Shown here: positions 57,113 through 64,000 of the stretch, piece after piece | Position numbering within the stretch: the first letter of the stretch is position 1 | Layout of the letters: each line of letters opens with the position of its first letter | Assembly: GCA_022706085.1 (NCBI GenBank) | Contig: JAKJDF010000001.1 | Location: 48,394 to 112,393, forward strand | Reading direction: 5' to 3' | Source: Candidatus Latescibacterota bacterium | GTDB taxonomy: Bacteria; Latescibacterota; MWCZ01 | Length of the DNA stretch: 64,000 nucleotides | Program-made: the position numbers and the translations under genes | Notes under the pieces: model-generated | Databases searched by the model: none | What the model saw: only the letters and a program-made list of their open reading frames with translations | What the model was told of the DNA's origin: nothing

Positions 57113-58800
57113 TTCTTTCAGCCGCGTGCGCAACGTTCTCCTCTTCCGCGGAGGCACGGCGCGGCGTAGCGGAGTCCTGCCCCTTGGTGATCTCTGAAAT
57201 CATGGTCAACCCCAGTGGCACCGAAACCGCTCGTGAATTCATCGAGTTGTTCAACGTTGGAACGAATTCGGTGAACCTCGGGGAATACGTTGTTGGCGAC
57301 ACAAACGAAACGGACGCGATTGTCGCGGTTTCGTCCGGGCTCATCCTCAAACCGGGGCGGTTCGCTCTGATACTGGACCCGGGGTATTTCAGCGCGAACG
57401 AGCCCTACCACGACATTCCGGCTGAGGCTCTTGTCGTCACGATAGGAGACGCCGCGTTCGGACGAGGAGGCCTCATAAACAGCCGCGCTAACACGGTTGT
57501 GCTCCGTTCTTCGGGTGGTTGTGAACAACGCGTTTCATACCTCCCGGAGGCCGTGTTCCCGGCGCTTTCGCTGGAAAAAATTGATGTGCGGGGGCCTGAT
57601 ACGCCGGACAACTGGGCAGTCAGCCTTGTGCCCGACGGCACACCGGGCCGCCCGAATTCACGCCGCAGAAACGCGTGCGACGTTTCCATCAGGAATGCCA
57701 GCGCAAGTCCCGATACTCTGCATCCTCCCGAACAGCTTACCGTACGATTCGATCTCCTGAACGCGGGGACCGACACCACAGGGCCATTCCCCGTCATATT
57801 GTTCGCTGACCAAGACGGGGACTCCGTCCCTTCAGCCGTGGAGGACACGCTCATCCGTTGGAACGTGAGATCTCTGCAACCGGCGGAGACGTTCACCGGG
57901 GTTGAAACCATGCCGGTATCACGACCGTTTGTGGGCCCGCTGGTGCTCGCCGCCATGCTGGCAGGAGACGAAAACTCGAAAGACAACACGCAGGCACTGA
58001 GATGCGTCGTAGGGCTTCCAGCCCGATCCATCCTTATCAATGAGATCATGGCCTACCCCTCGGAGGGCGAAGGGCAGTGGGTGGAGATCCTGAATGCTGG
58101 AGCCGACCCTTTGTCACTCGCGGGATGTCTTTTGAAAACTGCTACGGGAAGCGGCGCAGTAGATTACGGGCCGTTGCTGTATCCGGGAGATTACCTTGTG
58201 GTCGCCGAATCGCCGGAAGGCGTCCGGACGCGATACGGAATGGGTACACTTGTTTGTGGCGTCGCCGGCGGTTTTCCGTATCTCAGCCGAAGTGCTTCAT
58301 CCTCGCGGCGCGTAAGTTTTGTGGACGCAACAGATGTCTCCATTGATCAAGCACATTATCCCGTTCCGGAACAAGGTCGTTCACTGGAGCGAGCCGACTC
58401 CGCCAGCGACGGCAGCATTCTCGAGTCATGGTCGCCATCGTGGGCATCGGCGAAAGCGACGCCGGGGCTGCGCAACAACGCTTCCTATCCGCTGCCCCGA
58501 GGGTTCGAGTGTGTGGCGGACCCGGTACCCGCAACGGATACCGTTGGAATCAGAATAGTGACGCCTGAGCACGGGGCTTCGGTCTCGCTGACCGTTTTTG
58601 ACATGGCAGGGCGGGAGATACGGACCCTGCTCACCCGTGAGCGCATTCCCGCAGAATCGTACGTCCGCTGGGACGGAATGGACGGCAGCGGCCGTCAGGT
58701 TCCCACTGGTGTGTATATTCTCCACATCGAGGTTGTTTCGCCCGAGGAAGGCAAGTATTTCCGGCGTTCTCAACCTGTGGTGATCGTCCGCCGTAGATGA
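57079..58800 (+). CDS. secreted protein with two lamin-tail domains and a T9SS/FlgD-Ig-like C-terminal sorting domain
   Basis: ORF 57040..58800. Signal MGLAPYARAALILSAACATFSSSAEA. LTD motifs LVISEIMVNPSG...EFIELFNVG and ILINEIMAYPSE...WVEILNAG. CTD SLTVFDMAGREIRTLL...WDGMDGSGRQVPTGVYILHI. Confidence 0.7.
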   Translation: MGLAPYARAALILSAACATFSSSAEARRGVAESCPLVISEIMVNPSGTETAREFIELFNVGTNSVNLGEYVVGDTNETDAIVAVSSGLILKPGRFALILDPGYFSANEPYHDIPAEALVVTIGDAAFGRGGLINSRANTVVLRSSGGCEQRVSYLPEAVFPALSLEKIDVRGPDTPDNWAVSLVPDGTPGRPNSRRRNACDVSIRNASASPDTLHPPEQLTVRFDLLNAGTDTTGPFPVILFADQDGDSVPSAVEDTLIRWNVRSLQPAETFTGVETMPVSRPFVGPLVLAAMLAGDENSKDNTQALRCVVGLPARSILINEIMAYPSEGEGQWVEILNAGADPLSLAGCLLKTATGSGAVDYGPLLYPGDYLVVAESPEGVRTRYGMGTLVCGVAGGFPYLSRSASSSRRVSFVDATDVSIDQAHYPVPEQGRSLERADSASDGSILESWSPSWASAKATPGLRNNASYPLPRGFECVADPVPATDTVGIRIVTPEHGASVSLTVFDMAGREIRTLLTRERIPAESYVRWDGMDGSGRQVPTGVYILHIEVVSPEEGKYFRRSQPVVIVRRR

Positions 58801-58989
58801 CCGATGCCGGGAGACCTCGTTTGGTCAACGAGAATGTACCTATCGGTACGTTGTGTACGGCGGGCAAGGTTCTGTGCTCCACATGTGTTGCCCTTGGGAG
58901 GGGCTCTTTCGTGCGTCGCCGGCCACCGCAGTTTTTCCGGCACGGGAGTTGCGGGAGGATTGTCCCGAAAGGGGCAGGAGTGGAATGAG

Positions 58990-60243
58990 ATGAGAATGGG
59001 GAGCCTTTTGCACGTTGCCGTGATTGCGGTTTTCGGGATATTCGTTTCTCCCCGCGGTGCAATTGCCCAGGGCGGAGGCGGTCCTCAGCAGGGCAGCGTT
59101 GCAGGAGATCCTCTGCCAGCGCTTGCAAAAGAATGGCAGCAATCGTTCGACGCAGCACGTCAGACAAACAACAGCGAAGCGCTGTCTCTGCTATCACGAG
59201 CGAGAACGCTGTTGAACCAGGCAGAGACCCTTCGGCGCAGGGGTGAAACAGCGCGCGCTGCCGCGAATGCTGACGAAGCAAGGCTCCTGATTCTTCGGGC
59301 GAACCAGATCCTCAGGACCCCGCCCGGTCGTTCCCCACAGATAGATGCCACGCTGCGTGACGCAGAAACTCTGATGCAGAATGCGGTTGCACAAGGCGCT
59401 CCACCCGATCAGACGGCGCAGGTGAGATTGCTGCTGGATCAGGCGCGCAAGGCGCAGACCGAGGGCCGCCATGACGCCGCGGTGCGACTCTCCGCCACTG
59501 CCCAGACTCAGGCCCGCCAGCTCTGGCAGCGCGCGGTAGCATCGCGCCAGCTCAGACAGCGATGCAGAGTACTGGAATCGGCCGCCGAACCGATGGTGCG
59601 CCGCGCTCGCACGATGGCCGACGCCAACGGGGGGGATGCCGTAAGGAGCGCGGCCGAAAGGGCACAGCAGTTTCTTCAGTTGGCTCAGAACACCGATGAA
59701 GCAGTCCAACCGGCGGCGAAAGCCCGACTCCTTGAACGGGCGATGCAGAATGCAGAGGCGGTTCTCAAAACACTTGACGCCGCAACGTATTCCGCCCATC
59801 TCGCGTCGCGGAGTATTGCTGACGCAGAGGCCGCGCTTGCGCGGGCGGACGAAGTCGCGTCCGGGGACGCAACCACGAACGAGGCGAGCGCGGAGCTGCG
59901 TCGAGGCCGTGTGGTGATCGCGAACGCCCGGCAGGAACTCGCATCGGGAAACGCGATCCGAGCAAGAGCACTCGCGGAGGAAGCGCGTCAGATCGCCGAA
60001 CAGGTTCTGCGGACCGCACTGGGAGAAGTAACGGAAGCGTCGGTACGCACGGCGCTCCAGCAGACGGATGTTTTGATCGAACGTGCGTCCACGGCATTGG
60101 GGAACGAGACAGACCCGTTGCTCATGGAGGCACGAAACCGACAGGCAGATGCGCGACGGATGCTCGCCGATGGGGATCTTCGCAGAGCTCTGGCCCAGAC
60201 ACGAATCGCCGCACGCCTTGCGCAACGAATCAATGCTCGCTGA
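58990..60243 (+). CDS. secreted all-alpha Ala/Arg/Gln-rich repeat protein, unknown function
   Basis: ORF 58804..60243, start ATG 58990 gives signal MRMGSLLHVAVIAVFGIFVSPRGAIA. About five 60-70-aa helical-hairpin-like repeats. Confidence 0.55.
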   Translation: MRMGSLLHVAVIAVFGIFVSPRGAIAQGGGGPQQGSVAGDPLPALAKEWQQSFDAARQTNNSEALSLLSRARTLLNQAETLRRRGETARAAANADEARLLILRANQILRTPPGRSPQIDATLRDAETLMQNAVAQGAPPDQTAQVRLLLDQARKAQTEGRHDAAVRLSATAQTQARQLWQRAVASRQLRQRCRVLESAAEPMVRRARTMADANGGDAVRSAAERAQQFLQLAQNTDEAVQPAAKARLLERAMQNAEAVLKTLDAATYSAHLASRSIADAEAALARADEVASGDATTNEASAELRRGRVVIANARQELASGNAIRARALAEEARQIAEQVLRTALGEVTEASVRTALQQTDVLIERASTALGNETDPLLMEARNRQADARRMLADGDLRRALAQTRIAARLAQRINAR

Positions 60244-60685
60244 CACAATCCCCAGCGGTTTTCCGCGGCTTGGGTTCCCGACTTCGTCGGCGGAGCGGCT
60301 TCTCCGCACTGGATGGAGCCTGCTTCTGGTAATCGTCTGCGCTGTTCCGGCGTGTTTTCCGCCCGCTCGCTCGCCTGATGTGTTCCCCGACAGCAGATGC
60401 GATGAAAGCACCCTTGAGGCAGCCTCTGACTCGCCGGCGTCAGTCAATCTGGACGAGGATTTCGCTCTCTGGCGCGAGACGTACGAGCTAACACGTGGCG
60501 CCTCGTCCGATTCCATCTGCACTGCGAAGGCGGATGCCATTGCGTCCGAAGCGGAGACGCAGTGGTTGCTGGGAGATCGCGAGCAGGCCGAGATTCTGTG
60601 GGGTGAGGCGTTTGACCTCTTGTCAGGCACGTGTGCAGACACTATTCTTGTGGGGCCGGTTCTTCACCCCCCTGATTCCCGGTAA
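60233..60685 (+). CDS. hypothetical small membrane/lipoprotein-like protein
   Basis: In-frame ATG 60233 within ORF 60083..60685, overlapping the upstream stop by 11 nt. Hydrophobic segment WSLLLVIVCAVPAC. Weak evidence. Confidence 0.35.
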   Translation: MLADTIPSGFPRLGFPTSSAERLLRTGWSLLLVIVCAVPACFPPARSPDVFPDSRCDESTLEAASDSPASVNLDEDFALWRETYELTRGASSDSICTAKADAIASEAETQWLLGDREQAEILWGEAFDLLSGTCADTILVGPVLHPPDSR

Positions 60686-60734
60686 ACAACGGCCTGCCGG
60701 CCGTACTGGATCGTCCACTCCAAGGGCGCGCCTT

Positions 60735-62006
60735 GTGGTACAACCCCGCGCGAGTTTCGTTCGCTTCCTCTTTCTGGTCCTTGTCTTGCTGTCAGGCCCG
60801 TGTGTTGCGCGCGCAGGCGATGCGTGGGAGACCACGTACGAGTTGCACGCAGCCACCGAGGTGGCGGGCGAAGGGTTTCGGATTGTGGAGGCTGAAACGA
60901 CCGAGGTAACGACGGACGCGTACGGGCAACTGCGCGTGGTGTCGTCCGGTGCTTTTGGCTCCTGGGGAAACATCACTCTGGACAACCGATTCGCCGCGGG
61001 AATGAGTTCACTTCGGTACGACTTCCGGGGAACCGCGGAAAGGAAGAACACCTCGCCCGTTGGCATCAACCTGGACGGAACGTTCAGCGCCAGGCGCTTC
61101 CACGGCGCGAACAGTGTGTCACGAAGTTCGTACATCGAAACGTCGGGAGAGGTCGCCGCGCTCTCGCCACTTCCGCACGCGTACCCCGGGACCTGGGGGT
61201 CCGTTCACTCGGTTCGAGGAGTGTGGTACGACCGGACCTCGTCCGTGTACACCAACGCCATCTCGCACTGGCACGGTCTGGCGCTGGAGACCACACGGGA
61301 TCTCAGTACATGGACTGCGAAAGCCGGCGTGGAACATGAGTTTGTTCCGGATTCATCGGAACTGGGATACTGGGGTTTGTCAGGCAACTCGTTCGCGATG
61401 TGGGTGCCCTCACTCGATTGGCTGGTTTCGGGTGGTGTGATTGCCGCGTGGAAAGACTACCCGGCGCCAGGGACACATCCCGACGAACGCTCCGCCACAA
61501 TGCACGCGCGCGTGACGAGACGTCTGAACCCTTCGTGGTCGCTGGAAACCGGAATCAATGCGGCTTTACTGGCCTTCCGCCCTGCGGGTGAAGTGTTCCC
61601 CAGCACCCGTAATCTGGAGCTTCTTGCCGAAGCGAAGTGGGAACCCGGCCTTGTCAGCACCCGTTTGGGAGCGGGCGCGGGAATGCAGCGATCACCCAGT
61701 TCGCCGGCAGACGAATACTCCGAGCGTTTTTTTCAGGCCGGTTGTAATCTGATCTCGCGCACTTCGGGCTTCTCTGATGTGAGTATTCGCGCGGGCAAAA
61801 GGATCTTCCGACATCCTTCCGCAGCCTATTCCACCGAGTACGTATTCAGCGAGTTCACCGCGCTTGTCAGCGGGGCACGCCTGTTCGGCGTGCGCGCCGA
61901 GGCTTTCGTAACGTTCCGTTCCGAGCACCACCAGGACGACAAGGAGAACGCGAGGAATCTGTTTATCACCGTGGACATTTCCCGGGTCATGAGCGCCCGT
62001 CGATGA
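60735..62006 (+). CDS. putative outer-membrane beta-barrel protein, unknown function
   Basis: ORF 60495..62006. GTG 60735 gives signal (M)VQPRASFVRFLFLVLVLLSGPCVARA. Alternating amphipathic strands through to the C-terminus. Confidence 0.5.
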   Translation: MVQPRASFVRFLFLVLVLLSGPCVARAGDAWETTYELHAATEVAGEGFRIVEAETTEVTTDAYGQLRVVSSGAFGSWGNITLDNRFAAGMSSLRYDFRGTAERKNTSPVGINLDGTFSARRFHGANSVSRSSYIETSGEVAALSPLPHAYPGTWGSVHSVRGVWYDRTSSVYTNAISHWHGLALETTRDLSTWTAKAGVEHEFVPDSSELGYWGLSGNSFAMWVPSLDWLVSGGVIAAWKDYPAPGTHPDERSATMHARVTRRLNPSWSLETGINAALLAFRPAGEVFPSTRNLELLAEAKWEPGLVSTRLGAGAGMQRSPSSPADEYSERFFQAGCNLISRTSGFSDVSIRAGKRIFRHPSAAYSTEYVFSEFTALVSGARLFGVRAEAFVTFRSEHHQDDKENARNLFITVDISRVMSARR

Positions 62007-62018
62007 AGTGCGACGGGC
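61995..62018 (+). terminator. 8-bp stem-loop GCCCGTCG ... CGACGGGC spanning the stop codon, between convergent genes
   Basis: Read directly. No T-run. Confidence 0.3.
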
Positions 62019-62072
62019 CGATTAGGTGGGAAGAGAAGATGTTGTGGCGCAACAGGCCGGATGCAGCTGGAA

Positions 62073-63056
62073 TCAGTTGCCCGGATCTGCTATTCGTGCG
62101 TTGTTCGCGCCCCTGCGGAGGAGCGGAGGAAGGAGCAGAAGCGCCAGGAGAAGCTGCGGAATCGCATATGCCGCGTTGTAGGCAGCGCTATAAATCCATG
62201 CACTTTCCCCCAAAGGAGCGTACGCGGAGAAGAAGACGGCACCGGAGATTACGTGTATGCCCCATTTGAGGAAGCTCGCCAGAGTTACGCCGAGAGCCAC
62301 GGAAGTGAGTGGAAGGCGTGCCGCAACCAGTGCAATTCCCGCCAGTGCCGCCGCAAGCAGAAGGAAATTCCCCAACCACTCGTGTTGCTTTGCGCGGACG
62401 ACGTTCAACCCGTAATCCAGCCAATCCCGTGCAGTTTCTCCGTGAGCGGTTGTTACCCCCACCACAGAGACACGCCCCGCAGGGGTGTTGCGGTACGTGA
62501 TGATTTTCGTCTGCAGTCCTCCGAGAATCGTGTCCGCACTGGCCCACATCACGATGCGCGAATCTGGAGATCTTTGCATCTCAATCTCGTCCGTGCGGCT
62601 TACCCGGCGCAATTCGAACCATTGAAGCCCGGCCACAAATACGACCACGACACCCAGAAAAACGGTAAGGCCAGCGCGAACCGAACGGTCGACATTGGCG
62701 CCTCGGAACACCCCGGCCACGCCGCAGGCAGCCATCGCAAGCGGGTAATCCAGAACAACCTGCACCGGATGGACAATAATCGGGCGCAGAAGCAAATGCA
62801 CTATGCCGGAAACGGCCCCGGCCGCCATCGCAGCGCCAGTTCCAAAACGGAATGCGACGTACAGAAGCGGGATCGCTTCCAGGGTAACCGATCCACCCTG
62901 TGGCATGGAAAAGAGCCGCAGGAAACTGAGAGCAACGCTCAACCCAGCCGCAACCGAAATGAGAACGAGTTCACGCGTCCGAATCGTCAAATTCCGTTCC
63001 CCGTGCTTCGTCGCCGTGTATTTCAATGTCAACCGTGGTAATCCGCTGGGCGTCAA
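62073..63056 (-). CDS. thiT: energy-coupling-factor-type thiamine transporter ThiT with a ~125-aa insertion
   Basis: MPQGGSVTLEAIPLL, HPVQVVLDYPLA and HVISGAVFFSAYAPLGESAWIYSAAYNAAY blocks match ThiT/YuaJ. Start uncertain: ATG 63056 overlaps the upstream gene by 86 nt; a TTG at 62978 is an alternative. Confidence 0.8.
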   Translation of the reverse strand: MTPSGLPRLTLKYTATKHGERNLTIRTRELVLISVAAGLSVALSFLRLFSMPQGGSVTLEAIPLLYVAFRFGTGAAMAAGAVSGIVHLLLRPIIVHPVQVVLDYPLAMAACGVAGVFRGANVDRSVRAGLTVFLGVVVVFVAGLQWFELRRVSRTDEIEMQRSPDSRIVMWASADTILGGLQTKIITYRNTPAGRVSVVGVTTAHGETARDWLDYGLNVVRAKQHEWLGNFLLLAAALAGIALVAARLPLTSVALGVTLASFLKWGIHVISGAVFFSAYAPLGESAWIYSAAYNAAYAIPQLLLALLLLPPLLRRGANNARIADPGN

Positions 63057-64000
63057 CGCCCGTCACGGTAAACGTGTATGGACCGTAACGGGTGCTCTCC
63101 CCCTTTGACGGAACTGCTCCAAACTGGTGATAAAGAAAGCCCGCAACGGTCTCGTAACCCTGCTCCTCGGGGAACTCAGCCCCGAGAAGCTGCGCCAGGT
63201 CGGCGATACTCATTCCGGCCGATACCTCAAGTTTCTTTGGGTCCAGCCACTTGTACGGTTGTTCTTCCTCATCATATTCGTCCTGGATTTCACCCACAAT
63301 TTCCTCCAGAACATCTTCCATGGTGACCAGCCCCGCGGTACCTCCGTATTCATCCACGACGATCGCCATGTGCTTTTTCTCTTTGCGCAGTTCCCTCAGC
63401 AAGTCGTCCACCCGTTTCGTCATGGGGACGAACAGCACGTGCGATTCCCGCATCGCGTCCTCCGCGGTGGCAGGACCGCCGTTTGCGCCACCGAATGAAC
63501 TGACCGCGTCGAGGACGTCTTTCGCGTGGACAATGCCGACGATGTTGTCGAGTTTGCCGTCGTACACCGGAATTCGCGAATGCTGAGTCTCGCGGATCAA
63601 TTCCAGGAGATCGGTGAGCGACTGGCTTCGTTCGATCGCCACCATGTCAACCCGCGGAACCATCACCTCTCGAACAAGTGTTTCATCGATACTCATGATT
63701 GAGCTGATCATGTCACGCTTGTCCGCCTCCAGCACACCGTCTACCTCGTCGCCCTCCACAAGTGCCAGAAGCGCTTCTTCACGCGCCTCACGATTCTCAG
63801 GCTGATGCGCGAGATGCGTCAGAATCCTGTCCAGAAGCAATGAAAGCGGGAACGTGAGCACCGCCCATGCGACAAGGAGCGGCGCGGCAAGCCGGAGGAA
63901 AGGCCCGGACATGTCATCGGCTGTCTTGAGGTTTGGAACCACAAAGTGAGTGACCGCCAGCGGAACAAATGCGAGGAGAGCCGCGATACCGTACGCGAGA
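62971..64000 (-). CDS. CNNM/TlyC/CorC-family transporter (DUF21 TM domain, CBS pair, CorC_HlyC domain), 5' end beyond window
   Basis: Frame stays open from the listed start (63942) to nt 64000 with hydrophobic residues. CBS pair (VREVMVPRVDMVAIE..., IVGIVHAKDVL). C-terminal transporter-associated domain (ETVAGFLYHQFGAVPSKGE). Confidence 0.85.
   Translation of the reverse strand, partial: LAYGIAALLAFVPLAVTHFVVPNLKTADDMSGPFLRLAAPLLVAWAVLTFPLSLLLDRILTHLAHQPENREAREEALLALVEGDEVDGVLEADKRDMISSIMSIDETLVREVMVPRVDMVAIERSQSLTDLLELIRETQHSRIPVYDGKLDNIVGIVHAKDVLDAVSSFGGANGGPATAEDAMRESHVLFVPMTKRVDDLLRELRKEKKHMAIVVDEYGGTAGLVTMEDVLEEIVGEIQDEYDEEEQPYKWLDPKKLEVSAGMSIADLAQLLGAEFPEEQGYETVAGFLYHQFGAVPSKGESTRYGPYTFTVTGVDAQRITTVDIEIHGDEARGTEFDDSDA

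Noticed and set aside
59194-60642. 482-aa minus-strand ORF overlapping the helical repeat protein gene
   Set aside because: Ser/Arg/Cys-rich, with no signal peptide or motif. The plus-strand frame has a signal peptide and a regular repeat structure and fits the co-directional operon. The call is not fully certain.
62061-63041. 326-aa plus-strand ORF antisense to thiT
   Set aside because: Arg-rich, with no fold recognised. The minus strand matches conserved ThiT blocks.
63057-63200. TPP riboswitch upstream of thiT
   Set aside because: This stretch is coding sequence of the CorC-type gene. There is no intergenic space and no recognisable TPP-element core.

Overview
GC-rich bacterial chromosomal window with about 52 protein-coding genes, two tRNAs (Leu-TAA, Ala-CGC) and a small SRP RNA. 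I recognised no rRNA, CRISPR array, transposase or integrase. Layout: (1-9.2 kb) catabolic enzymes (two Gfo/Idh/MocA oxidoreductases, aspartate ammonia-lyase, creatininase-family hydrolase, epimerase), a prenyltransferase-repeat lipoprotein and a small OM barrel. (9.35-13.6 kb, minus) an EtfB / ferredoxin-EtfA / membrane Fe-S oxidoreductase module. (14.26-26.15 kb, plus) the stand-out region: four secreted DUF11-repeat proteins, the last a 2451-aa protein with an internal OmpA-like peptidoglycan-binding domain and a ~790-aa C-terminal beta-barrel. (26.2-32.25 kb, minus) a second, divergent ETF module with an ETF-QO-like enzyme and a 743-aa acyl-CoA dehydrogenase. (32.7-54.7 kb, plus) a long co-directional housekeeping array: CaCA antiporter, aminotransferase, ffs-dnaX-ybaB-recR, pgsA-pgpA-cinA, E2 acyltransferase, rdgB, a Wza/Wzz/Wzx-type polysaccharide locus and thrB. 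(54.7-62.0 kb) envelope proteins of unknown function, including a lamin-tail-domain protein with a T9SS-like C-terminal sorting domain. (62.1-64.0 kb, minus) a ThiT with a large insertion and a CBS/CorC-type transporter cut by the window edge. Main hypothesis, which is inference and not proven: the DUF11 locus encodes a surface fibre assembled by donor-strand complementation. Proteins 1-3 end right after the penultimate strand of their last DUF11 domain. Protein 3 and the giant anchor protein begin, directly after their signal peptides, with exactly the segment that follows that strand in complete internal repeats. All functional calls rest on motif recognition by eye; no database search was run.
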